A stretch of 64,000 nt of DNA from a virus, in IMG/VR virus record IMGVR_UViG_3300049846_000430, positions 1 to 64,000 of that record, one strand, 5' to 3'. The notes beneath the pieces were generated by a model that searched no databases, was not told the DNA's origin, and worked only from the letters and a program-made list of their open reading frames with translations. Below, one piece after another: positions 8,770 to 17,607 of this stretch. Every line of letters begins with the position of its first letter. Position 1 is the stretch's first letter. The position numbers and the translations under genes are program-made.

Positions 8770-10044
8770 ATGAGCACAGACAATAAAACAATTGAAAGTA
8801 ATGTCAACCAAGTGGAAATTGACATAGATGAGATGTTCAACGGAGCACCTGGAGCACAAGCAATAACACTGCCTGCTGCAGAGCCACCTAGGAAATCAAT
8901 CTTTGCTAAGAATGACACCGGGGTTGATATGAGTTTCACAGAACCAACTAATAACCCTGATGGCAGTGGTGATCCTGATGACGGTGATGATTTATCTGGT
9001 AACCCAGGTAGCACACAAGGAACCACCCAAAAGGTAGCAGTTGATGATCTTCTAGATTCATTTGCTAATGCAGATGATGAAGGAGATGAAGTAAAAAGAG
9101 GAAGAAAACCTATCTCTGGTATCGGTGATGTATTTCAGAAACTGATAAAAGATGAAAAGATTGTTCCCTTTGAAGATGACAAGCCTTTTGAGGAATATAC
9201 TCTTAAGGATTGGGAGGAACTGATTGAAGCTAATTTGGAAGAGAAAGCCAATCAAGCTAGAAAAGAAACTCCAAAACAGTTCTTTGAAAGTTTGCCCCAG
9301 GAACTCCAGATTGCTGCAAGATATGTAGCTGATGGTGGTAATGATCTTAAAGGATTATTTTCAACTCTTGCCGCTGTAGAAGAGACAAGAGAACTTGATC
9401 CTAGAGATGAAAGAGATCAGGAATACATTATCAGAGAATATCTTGGTGCAACCGGGTTTGGTACAACTGAAGAAATTGATGAAGAAATCTCTACATGGAG
9501 AGATCTTGGTAAGCTTGAACAACAAGCAATGAAGTTCAAACCAAAATTGGACAGAATGCAGGAAGAAGTTGTTATGCATAAGCTTCAAGAACAAGAGCTC
9601 AGAAAGAGACAACAGCAACAAGCTTCTCAGCAGTACATGGAAAATGTGTATCACACCTTGAAAGATGGAACACTTGGTGAGTTGAAAGTTGACCGTAAAA
9701 CACAAGCAATGCTTTATAATGGTCTGGTTCAGCCCAACTATCCTTCCGTAACAGGAAAGAACACAAACCTATTGGGGCATCTTCTTGAGAAGTATCAGTT
9801 TGTAGAACCAAACTATACACTTATCTCAGAAGCACTGTGGTTACTCTCTGATCCTGAAGGATATAAATCTAAGATCATGGAAAAGGGTGCAATCAAAAAC
9901 ACAGAAGCTACTGTTAGAAAACTCAAGACTGAACAAGCTAACTCTCAGGCAAGTTCTTCTTACAATGATGAAGAAGAAGATCAAAGGAGAGCAGCACCAA
10001 GTAAGAAATTACCTAGAGCAAAAAACATATTTTCAAGATTTTAA
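8770..10044 (+). CDS. Acidic scaffold-like/capsid assembly protein (crAss gene77-like position)
   Basis: Disordered acidic N-terminus plus coiled coils between portal and MCP; ATG at 8770 preferred over the TTG at 8716, which overlaps a promoter-like motif. Confidence 0.65.
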   Translation: MSTDNKTIESNVNQVEIDIDEMFNGAPGAQAITLPAAEPPRKSIFAKNDTGVDMSFTEPTNNPDGSGDPDDGDDLSGNPGSTQGTTQKVAVDDLLDSFANADDEGDEVKRGRKPISGIGDVFQKLIKDEKIVPFEDDKPFEEYTLKDWEELIEANLEEKANQARKETPKQFFESLPQELQIAARYVADGGNDLKGLFSTLAAVEETRELDPRDERDQEYIIREYLGATGFGTTEEIDEEISTWRDLGKLEQQAMKFKPKLDRMQEEVVMHKLQEQELRKRQQQQASQQYMENVYHTLKDGTLGELKVDRKTQAMLYNGLVQPNYPSVTGKNTNLLGHLLEKYQFVEPNYTLISEALWLLSDPEGYKSKIMEKGAIKNTEATVRKLKTEQANSQASSSYNDEEEDQRRAAPSKKLPRAKNIFSRF

Positions 10045-10074
10045 AAAGAACACATATTAAATAAATAATATACT

Positions 10075-11694
10075 ATGGCAACTCCAGTTTTAAACAATGG
10101 GATTTTCCTCAGAGACACTAACTACAAAGCAAGTTCTCATGTGGATTCTTATCACTTGACCCAGATGCTTGGTTCTGCTGAACCTATGGATCTTGGTCCC
10201 GTAGACATTTGGGCTATGACACAGAAGGTAGAAATGCCTCTGTATCAAATGGCTTCTTTTGGCGGTAAGAATACCATCTTGGTTGACAATGCACGTGGTG
10301 AGTACAAGTGGCAAACCCCTATCGCTCAAGACCTGCCCTTCATTGTGGCTGACATTGAGCCTGCTAACACAGAAAAAGGTGTAGATGGTACTACCTTCAT
10401 GATCAAACTTTCTAAGAGAGCTTTTGGTCATGGTGACATCATCACCTATGACAAGTACAACGGCTTGGAAATGTACATCACTGCTGCGGATATCATCCCT
10501 GCTGGTGACGGTTACATCTACACTGTTCAGCTTGTTAACAACAACAACTCTGCTTTCCTGGATAATGTTTATCTGACTCCTGGAACCAAGTTCTTCCGTA
10601 AGGGTTCTGCCCGTGGAGAGTATGGTGAGCGTTTCTCAGACATGGAAACCGGTTCTGGCTTCCGTGAATTCTACAACTTTGTAGGTGGTGCTGAAGCTCA
10701 CGTACACTATAGCATTTCTAGCCGTGCTGATCTGATGATCAAAGGTGGCCTGAATGCTGATGGTACTGTTCCTGTAACTGAGATCTGGAGAAACTTCAAC
10801 CAAGATCAGTATGATCCCTCAATCTCTAACATTGAGCAGTTGGTTACTAACATGGGTAAAGCCGGTGCTAGAAAAGCATTTGAAAACGGAACCCTGTCAC
10901 GTACCTTCTTGACCAATTTGGAAGCTGCTCACTTGAGCAAGATTGCAAATGACATTGAAACTTACCTGATGTGGGGTAAAGGTGGTAGAATCAAACAGGA
11001 TGGTCCGGATGATATCCGTCTGTCTGTAGGTTTGTGGAGCCAGCTTGACAACTCATTCAAGCGTGTTTACAACAAATCAAGCTTTAGCCTGGACATGTTC
11101 AAATCTGAACTGTACAACTTCTACCAGGGTAAGGTTGAGTTCAAAGGTCCAGATCCCCAGCGTAAGCTGATTGTTCAGACCGGTATTGGTGGTATGCAGT
11201 TGATCAACAAAGCCATTGCTAATGAAGTATATGGTACTGGTCTGGTGCAGAATGCCGTTGAACTTGGTGCTGTAACTGGTAAAGGTATGGATCTTGACTT
11301 TGGATTTGCTTACACCAGCTTCACTATTCCTTTCTTGGCTAACGTGAAGTTTGTGTTGAATCCTGCATTTGACAACCTGCACACCAATGATATTGAAAAC
11401 CCTCTGATTGATGGTCGTCCTTTGAGCTCTTACAGCTTCATCATCTTTGATGTAACTGAAGAAGGAAATGACAATATCTATCTGCTGAAATTGTCTTGGG
11501 ACAATCAGTTGAAGTGGTTCTATCAGAACGGTACCATGGATTACATGGGACGTACTCAAGGTTTTGCTAGCTCAGGTCAGTTCAATGGTTACAGAGTTTA
11601 CATGACTCAAACCATGCCTGCTATCTGGGTAAAAGACCCCACTAAAGTTCTGAAGATTGTTATGAGAAACCCTGTAACAGGAGGCTCATTCTAA
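10075..11694 (+). CDS. Major capsid protein
   Basis: 539 aa, position after portal and scaffold, strongly biased high-expression codons (CTG, CGT, AAC, TTC), followed by a strong terminator. Confidence 0.88.
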   Translation: MATPVLNNGIFLRDTNYKASSHVDSYHLTQMLGSAEPMDLGPVDIWAMTQKVEMPLYQMASFGGKNTILVDNARGEYKWQTPIAQDLPFIVADIEPANTEKGVDGTTFMIKLSKRAFGHGDIITYDKYNGLEMYITAADIIPAGDGYIYTVQLVNNNNSAFLDNVYLTPGTKFFRKGSARGEYGERFSDMETGSGFREFYNFVGGAEAHVHYSISSRADLMIKGGLNADGTVPVTEIWRNFNQDQYDPSISNIEQLVTNMGKAGARKAFENGTLSRTFLTNLEAAHLSKIANDIETYLMWGKGGRIKQDGPDDIRLSVGLWSQLDNSFKRVYNKSSFSLDMFKSELYNFYQGKVEFKGPDPQRKLIVQTGIGGMQLINKAIANEVYGTGLVQNAVELGAVTGKGMDLDFGFAYTSFTIPFLANVKFVLNPAFDNLHTNDIENPLIDGRPLSSYSFIIFDVTEEGNDNIYLLKLSWDNQLKWFYQNGTMDYMGRTQGFASSGQFNGYRVYMTQTMPAIWVKDPTKVLKIVMRNPVTGGSF

Positions 11695-11712
11695 CAAGCT
11701 GTCCAAGTAGAG

Positions 11713-11745
11713 AAGGGGGGATGGGTAATGCCTCCCCCTTTTTTT
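11713..11745 (+). terminator. Rho-independent terminator after MCP
   Basis: AAGGGGGGA...TCCCCCTT stem followed by a T-run. Confidence 0.85.
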
Positions 11746-11813
11746 ACTTACAGTTTACTTGTTTATTACAAGAAAATTGGTTAAATTATCTATAACTAAT
11801 AAAGAATAAAGTC

Positions 11814-12275
11814 ATGACTATATACACTAAAGCTCCTTTTAAACACGTAACAGAGTTTAATAACTTACCAATCTCAGATCTTTTTAATACTCCAGAATTT
11901 GTTGAAGCAGTAAATAATCTTGTTCCTACACCCTCTTTACCTTCTTATAAAGTATATACTGCTTTAATATCACAAAACGGTACAAACGATCCTACTGCTG
12001 TAATATTAGAAAATACTCTTACTGCACCAGTAACTTTTTCTAGAGGTAGTACTGGAACTTATTATATAACTTGTTCTGAATTTAATTTTTTCACAGTAAA
12101 CAAAACATTTATTTGTCCTATTGTTACAGACGCTGTTCTTAAAAGGTATACAATGAGACCAATAAATCCAACAACTATTGAGTTACAAACATATAATGAT
12201 TTTAGTCTTACTCCTCCAGTTTCTTCAGATGGTTTGTTAAGTGATGATGGATTAGAAATAAGAGTTTATAATTAA
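11814..12275 (+). CDS. Putative head fibre/decoration protein A
   Basis: N-terminal MTIYTKAPFKHVTEFNNL..LFNTPEF shared with 12345..13550; C-terminal beta-rich domain (YKVYTALISQNGT..P...LENTL). Confidence 0.6.
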   Translation: MTIYTKAPFKHVTEFNNLPISDLFNTPEFVEAVNNLVPTPSLPSYKVYTALISQNGTNDPTAVILENTLTAPVTFSRGSTGTYYITCSEFNFFTVNKTFICPIVTDAVLKRYTMRPINPTTIELQTYNDFSLTPPVSSDGLLSDDGLEIRVYN

Positions 12276-12286
12276 ATAAAAATAGA

Positions 12287-12340
12287 ATGACTATTTACAA
12301 AGCCCCAACCCGATATCTAATAAAAAACAATAATATTTAA
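12287..12340 (+). pseudogene. Truncated remnant of a third head-fibre paralogue (MTIYKAPTRYLIKNNNI)
   Basis: Begins MTIY-KAP like both flanking genes, then diverges and stops after 17 codons. Confidence 0.5.
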
Positions 12341-12344
12341 AGTC

Positions 12345-13550
12345 ATGACAATATATTCAAAAGCTCCGTTCAAACATGTGACTGAGTTCACTAATTTGAC
12401 AACTGAAGAACTTTTTGCTACACCAGAGTTTAAATCTGCTGTACTAGCTGCTGCCGGTGGTGGTGGTGGTCTTGAAGGCACTAATTATATTTATGTAGCT
12501 GCTAATGGTACAGATGTAGAGAATGCTGCTGAACTTCAAGCTGCTTATACTACTGCTCAAGGAATGTCTCCTTCTGCTACCAACAGAATTACAATTGTAG
12601 CTGCTCCTGGATATTATAATTTTGGAAACACTCCTTTTATAATGAACACAGACTACATTGATTTGGTATCTCTTGACGGTAATAGAAGTATTATATTTAA
12701 TGCTCCTTATGCTAGTCCTTTTTATTCATCAGGAACAATTATACTTGATTTTGTAAGTAATGTTTATGTAAAAGGTGTTGATGTACAAACTAAAGCATTT
12801 GCTATTGAAACATATTATCTTGGAGTAACAGTTGAAAACTGCAAAGGAGGACAATTTTCTTTTAGTTCTTCTTTTTTTAATATGGGTTCTAAGTTTGTAG
12901 ATTGTGAAGGTGGAAATAACTCATTTGGTGGTAATACTGGAACTTCATACGGAACTTTTATAAGATGTAAAGCAGGATCTTATTCTTTTGGACTTACTGC
13001 TTCAGGAACATTTACGGATTGTACAAGTGGAGGATTCAGTTTTGGTTATAATGGAACCGCTAGTGGAACTTTTACAAACTGTACTTCTACTGGAAGTTTA
13101 TCTTTTGGTGGAAGTTATTCATCAGGAACAGCAAGTGGTACTTTTTTAAATTGTAAATCTGTTGATGTTTCATTTGGCCTGCTTGCTTCTGGTACTTTTA
13201 CTAACTGTACGGCAGGTAATGACTCTTTTGGTTATTTTGGAACTGCTAGTGGTACTTTTACCAATTGTGTAGGGTTAAGCCAGTGTTTTGGATATGGTGG
13301 AAATGCAAGTGGTAATTTTTATAACTGTAGAGGTACATCTGTAGCTTTTGGTGCTGGAGGAACTGCTAGTGGATCTTTTAATAGTTGTGTAGCAACTTCT
13401 GCGTCTTTTGGAGGAAATGGAGGAACTCTTACGGGTAAACTTTATTATTGCAGATTAACTCAATCAGGTCAGAACTTTCCAACAGTATCAGGAGGAGGAA
13501 TAACTAGACTTTGTATTACTGGAAGTAATGTTGAAAATAATCAAGGATAA
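12345..13550 (+). CDS. Putative head fibre/adhesin B with beta-solenoid repeats
   Basis: Same N-terminal anchor as 11814..12275, a GGGGG linker, then ~10 repeats of SFG-x(2-6)-ASGTFTNC. Confidence 0.65.
   Translation: MTIYSKAPFKHVTEFTNLTTEELFATPEFKSAVLAAAGGGGGLEGTNYIYVAANGTDVENAAELQAAYTTAQGMSPSATNRITIVAAPGYYNFGNTPFIMNTDYIDLVSLDGNRSIIFNAPYASPFYSSGTIILDFVSNVYVKGVDVQTKAFAIETYYLGVTVENCKGGQFSFSSSFFNMGSKFVDCEGGNNSFGGNTGTSYGTFIRCKAGSYSFGLTASGTFTDCTSGGFSFGYNGTASGTFTNCTSTGSLSFGGSYSSGTASGTFLNCKSVDVSFGLLASGTFTNCTAGNDSFGYFGTASGTFTNCVGLSQCFGYGGNASGNFYNCRGTSVAFGAGGTASGSFNSCVATSASFGGNGGTLTGKLYYCRLTQSGQNFPTVSGGGITRLCITGSNVENNQG
12850..13455 (+). repeat. Coding tandem repeats (~18-24 aa, SFG..TASGTFTNC)
   Basis: Recurrent GCTAGTGGNACTTTTACNAAYTGT-like units in the DNA. 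Confidence 0.8.
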
Positions 13551-13555
13551 ATAAT

Positions 13556-13885
13556 ATGAAAAATTTACAATCTATAGAAGAGGCTAAGTGGGTAGAACTA
13601 GTTTCTATCCAACTTACAGATGCTGAAAAATCAGTATTAGAATCACCAGAAAAATCTGATGAAAAACTTGCGTTGATTGAAAAGATCAAAACAGATAGTA
13701 AAAAATCTGTTAGTGCTACTATTGCAAGTAAAGCAAAGTCTAAGTACAACGAAATTAAACCAAGTTTGAAAGAAACTGATGTTTATGAACTTATTGCTGC
13801 AGATTTTATGTATGATGATGCTAATATTACATCAGGTATTTTGAATTGCAGAATCAATGCAGAGCATATTCAAGTCAGATTTTAA
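13556..13885 (+). CDS. Hypothetical protein (possible fibre chaperone/partner)
   Basis: 109-aa ORF 5 nt downstream of the repeat protein. Confidence 0.65.
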   Translation: MKNLQSIEEAKWVELVSIQLTDAEKSVLESPEKSDEKLALIEKIKTDSKKSVSATIASKAKSKYNEIKPSLKETDVYELIAADFMYDDANITSGILNCRINAEHIQVRF

Positions 13886-13900
13886 CATGTCAAAAACTTT

Positions 13901-13918
13901 TGCCGGGTAACTCCGGCA
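13901..13918. other. Intergenic GC-rich hairpin TGCCGG-GTAACT-CCGGCA
   Basis: Perfect 6-bp inverted repeat at the end of the fibre cassette; no clear U-tract, so the role (weak terminator or processing site) is unresolved. Confidence 0.5.
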
Positions 13919-13950
13919 TTAGAAACTCAAAAAGATAATACATAATTATG

Positions 13951-13958
13951 TATTTTTG
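13951..13958 (+). promoter_or_regulatory. Bacteroidota-type -7 element TATTTTTG
   Basis: Matches TAnnTTTG, 33 nt upstream of ATG 13992. Confidence 0.4.
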
Positions 13959-13991
13959 ACAACTAGAAAAACCAACCCAAAAACCAAATAT

Positions 13992-15008
13992 ATGAGTGAT
14001 TACACTATTGTAGAAAAGTACCAGCAAACCAAAAGCACAGTGGTTGCAGTACGTCCTTATTTTGATTCAGCTAGACAAAATATGGGATTAGAGAAGTATG
14101 GCATGGCTCTTCATGACGGAGTTTATCATGAAGAGTCTTTAGCATGTCTTGAGCTTAACGGAGTTAAAAGATTTGTAACTGGACTGAATGAATTTGCTCC
14201 AGATGTAAAGATGCTTCCTGCTGCTGAGAAAGAAGCTAAGATTAAAGAGATCAGAAAAGTTGTAGCTCAACTTGAGCAAGAACTTGCTGCAAATGTGATT
14301 GATGTTGAAGACAAAGAGTTTTGGAACAAAGTCATGTTGTTAAAACCTGACAATGACAAGTTCTGGTCTAGAATTAGTTTGCGTTGTGGTAATGATCCTG
14401 TTTATCTGGATCCTGAAAAAGATCCTTATGATCTAATCAAGCTTTATGCAATCAATGCTGGTGGCTTTAGTATTGTAGCCAAATCTTTAAAAGCTGCTAA
14501 GAAGATGATCAATCCTCCTAAGTTTTACTTAGATCAGGTTGAAGAAACCATTGGCACTAGAACTGAATATGCTAAGGTTAGAAATAAAGCTCTTGCTGAA
14601 CTGCAGAAACTTTATGACAAGGACACTGTAAAACTCATGTATGTTGCTAAAGTGCTTGATGCTGATAGCACTCAGTATACTAAGTCTACACCCAATGATA
14701 TTGTTTATGAAAACATGGACAATTACATTAACGGTTCTGGTGTAGAGAGTAACAAACAGAAAGCTGCTGAAAACTTCCTGGAAGTTGCAAAAGAGAACAT
14801 GCAGAATCTTAAAATCAGAGCTCTGGTAAAAGATGCTTTGTTTTATAGATACATTGCAAGCAAACCCAGTGGATGGATTGAAATGCTGGATAGTAGTGAG
14901 AAGCTTGGTAAAAGACCCTCAGAGGTTGTTGAGTATCTCAAGAATCCCCAGCATGATGACGTTCTTACTAATCTCTTGAGCAAAGTGGAGGTTTACTGGA
15001 ACATGTAA
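13992..15008 (+). CDS. Conserved crAss-like capsid-block protein (gene75-like position)
   Basis: First core gene after the MCP/fibre cassette; ATG 13992 preferred over TTG 13956. Confidence 0.6.
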   Translation: MSDYTIVEKYQQTKSTVVAVRPYFDSARQNMGLEKYGMALHDGVYHEESLACLELNGVKRFVTGLNEFAPDVKMLPAAEKEAKIKEIRKVVAQLEQELAANVIDVEDKEFWNKVMLLKPDNDKFWSRISLRCGNDPVYLDPEKDPYDLIKLYAINAGGFSIVAKSLKAAKKMINPPKFYLDQVEETIGTRTEYAKVRNKALAELQKLYDKDTVKLMYVAKVLDADSTQYTKSTPNDIVYENMDNYINGSGVESNKQKAAENFLEVAKENMQNLKIRALVKDALFYRYIASKPSGWIEMLDSSEKLGKRPSEVVEYLKNPQHDDVLTNLLSKVEVYWNM

Positions 15009-15019
15009 TTTAACATCAA

Positions 15020-15727
15020 ATGAATAATACTACCCTTCAAATAAAACTCAAACAAAGGCTTAACAAACTTGCCAGCAATGACTATGATAACATAGAATGC
15101 TGGCAGATTGTTGAAGCTTTTAATAAAGCACAAGTTGAATGGGTACGTAGGCAGCTCCATGGTGGGAATGTTTACAAGGAAGGTGATGAAATGTCAAAGA
15201 GAAGAATTGATGATCTTCAAAACTTACTTGTTGAATTTAATCTCACAGGAACTGAGTTTGATGATTATTTTGAGTCTAACAACTTTCCAGTTGGTGATTT
15301 TCTTGAATACAAAAGAATAACAGTTCAAGCTACTTCTAAATGTTGTCCTGATCCAAGAAACATGGTTGTGTATCTTGGTGAGGAAGCAAATAGAGATCTT
15401 TATATGAGAGACCCTCTCAAGAATCCAAGTTTTGAGTGGGGTGAAACATTCTGCACATTTTTAGGTAATAGGGTCAGGGTTTATAGGAAACCAGATTTTA
15501 ATCTTGTAAACCCTGTCCTTACCTATTATAGACAACCGGTAAATATTCAAATTGCTACTTGTCAGAACCCTTATACTGGGGTTATTAGTGTGGTAGATGT
15601 TATCTGTGAGTTTAAAGATGATATAGTTGAGCTACTGTTAGATGATACTGCTTCATTGATAGCAGGGGATATTGATAACTTCAATCAGTATACAAGAAAT
15701 CAGCAGGCTGCAGAAAGGAATAACTAA
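15020..15727 (+). CDS. Putative tail ring/head-tail connector protein
   Basis: LNKLASNDYDNI...FNKAQ N-terminal helices and LTYYRQP...CEF...ELLLDDTA C-terminus, typical of crAss-like ring/adaptor proteins. Confidence 0.6.
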   Translation: MNNTTLQIKLKQRLNKLASNDYDNIECWQIVEAFNKAQVEWVRRQLHGGNVYKEGDEMSKRRIDDLQNLLVEFNLTGTEFDDYFESNNFPVGDFLEYKRITVQATSKCCPDPRNMVVYLGEEANRDLYMRDPLKNPSFEWGETFCTFLGNRVRVYRKPDFNLVNPVLTYYRQPVNIQIATCQNPYTGVISVVDVICEFKDDIVELLLDDTASLIAGDIDNFNQYTRNQQAAERNN

Positions 15728-15735
15728 TCAATACA

Positions 15736-17115
15736 ATGGATTTAGTTTACCTCTTTAAAGGTGGCAGTAAAACAGAATTGTTTCTCAGTATCAAAAGTGT
15801 CTGGAACTTTGTAAAAGAATATAGACATATTTATGTTGTTGGAGACTATGTTAGCTTTCCAACAGTTAAAAATATAATATCTCTTCAACACGGTACTAGC
15901 AGATACAATAATTCTTATTTAAAGATTGTTGATGCATGTAATCATCCTGATATAACTGATGACTTTCTCTTAATGAATGATGACTTTATCTTTTTGAAGC
16001 CGGTTCATGTAAATGATATTCCCACTTATTATCTTGAAGGAGAGATTGAAAGATTAAGCACCAATCTAAAAGATACCAGACATTCTCTGTTTAAGAATAC
16101 CGTAGAGCATCTTAAGTCTGAAGGCAAACCTTTAAATCATTTTGATGTGCACTTTCCTATGGTTATAAACAAAAAGAAATTTTTGTCTATGCCATCAGAT
16201 AAAGAGTATGCATATAGAAGTCTTTATGGTAATTTGTTTTCTGAAAATTTAAAACATCTGGATCAAGGTGACAATGTTTGCAAAACACTTCCTGAGTTCT
16301 CTAAAAAGTTTGAAACATTTTCAATCATATCTACACATAATCATCTGATACAAGAGGCTAAGTTAAATGTAGTTTCAAAAATCAAAAAGCTTTTTTCATC
16401 AAAGCTTTATATCTCAATGACAAGTACTCCACCCAGATTCAAGTACTTACCTGAAGTAATAAAGAACTTAAAGCAGCAGACCAGACCTTTTGAAAAGATT
16501 ATTCTAAATATTCCCAAGGAATATAAAAGATATCCTGGTGAGTATCAGCTTCCAGAAGAAGTATTGAATGATGAAAAGGTTTATGTGAACTATGTAGATC
16601 TGGATCTTGGACCCATAACAAAGATTCTTCCTGTAAAAGATCTTGAGTTTATTAATGATATGGATTTGATTTTTACTGTAGATGATGACATTGAATATGC
16701 AAAAAACACAATTCATAGATTTATGAATGAGTTTGAAAGAGAAGAAAGAGAGTATGCTATTACCGGTAGAGGCTTAATAATAAAAGGTAGAAAAGCTTTT
16801 AGAGATGGTGAGATTATTACCAGATTCTTACAAGGCTATTCTGGTTGTCTTTATAGAAAAGTGTACTTTAAAAACTTTTCTGAAGAGTATCTAAATCTTG
16901 TTCTTAACAAAAGAGAATGCTTTGTGTCTGATGATATTGTGATCAGTGCCTGGTTAGAAAAGGAAAACATAAAAATAAAAAATCTCAAATTTACTGTAGG
17001 CAAAGATCTTAAATCACTGGACTATGGATTGCAAGAAGACAGACTTAGTATTGAAAGAAGTAATGATGTCAGTGTGTATGTAACAGCAATGAAACAATTA
17101 AATATCAAAATATAA
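15736..17115 (+). CDS. Bifunctional Stealth-like phosphotransferase / GT-A glycosyltransferase
   Basis: N-half: DLVYL, ELFLSIKSV, FLLMNDDFIF, HFPMVINK (Stealth conserved-region-like). C-half: ISMTSTPPR, DLGPITKILP, TVDDDIEY (DxD), GYSGCLY, SDDIVISAWL. Confidence 0.7.
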   Translation: MDLVYLFKGGSKTELFLSIKSVWNFVKEYRHIYVVGDYVSFPTVKNIISLQHGTSRYNNSYLKIVDACNHPDITDDFLLMNDDFIFLKPVHVNDIPTYYLEGEIERLSTNLKDTRHSLFKNTVEHLKSEGKPLNHFDVHFPMVINKKKFLSMPSDKEYAYRSLYGNLFSENLKHLDQGDNVCKTLPEFSKKFETFSIISTHNHLIQEAKLNVVSKIKKLFSSKLYISMTSTPPRFKYLPEVIKNLKQQTRPFEKIILNIPKEYKRYPGEYQLPEEVLNDEKVYVNYVDLDLGPITKILPVKDLEFINDMDLIFTVDDDIEYAKNTIHRFMNEFEREEREYAITGRGLIIKGRKAFRDGEIITRFLQGYSGCLYRKVYFKNFSEEYLNLVLNKRECFVSDDIVISAWLEKENIKIKNLKFTVGKDLKSLDYGLQEDRLSIERSNDVSVYVTAMKQLNIKI

Positions 17116-17540
17116 TGGAAAAGACTTTAAAAAAAGGAGTTGAACCTTCAAAGAAAAACAAGGTTGACTCAATGACAGCAGATCTTGTTGAAGAGTTAAT
17201 GAATGCATCAACAAGCTTTCACAAGTTACATCTTCAGGTTGAAGGTATTGGATCTTTTGCTGCACACAAAGCACTTAATGAAATTTATGATGCATTACCT
17301 GGTCTTGCAGATTCTATTGCTGAAGGATATCAAGGTGCTGCAGAAAAACTTCTTGTGTATAATGATCAAGGTCCTGTAATCTTAAAATCTGTGAAAGATG
17401 CAATCAGTTATCTTAGAGACATTACTGATATGGTTAATGAACTTCAGAAAGTAATGCCTTATTCAGAGATTGTAAATACACTTGATACAGTAAAGGATGC
17501 AGTGAATTCTGCCAAGTACAAATTAATTTTCTTAAAATAA
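17115..17540 (+). CDS. Dps/ferritin-like four-helix bundle protein
   Basis: HKLHLQVEG..SFAAHKALNEIYDAL..LADSIAEGYQG matches ferritin-like metal-ligand spacing. Confidence 0.75.
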   Translation: MEKTLKKGVEPSKKNKVDSMTADLVEELMNASTSFHKLHLQVEGIGSFAAHKALNEIYDALPGLADSIAEGYQGAAEKLLVYNDQGPVILKSVKDAISYLRDITDMVNELQKVMPYSEIVNTLDTVKDAVNSAKYKLIFLK

Positions 17541-17561
17541 TTTGCATATTTGAATTCCTTG

Positions 17562-17571
17562 TTGTATATTA
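17562..17571 (+). promoter_or_regulatory. Putative phage late promoter motif TTGTATATTA
   Basis: Identical 10-mer also at 18915, 19930 and 39266, each intergenic and upstream of a structural gene. Confidence 0.55.
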
Positions 17572-17607
17572 AATTATAATATTTGTTAAACCCCTAAAAT
17601 AAAAACT

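Noticed and set aside
12850-13455. Possible CRISPR array or DGR template/variable repeat
   Set aside because: Repeats are degenerate, in-frame and vary at synonymous positions; no constant repeat-spacer structure, no adenine-specific variant pair and no reverse transcriptase in the window
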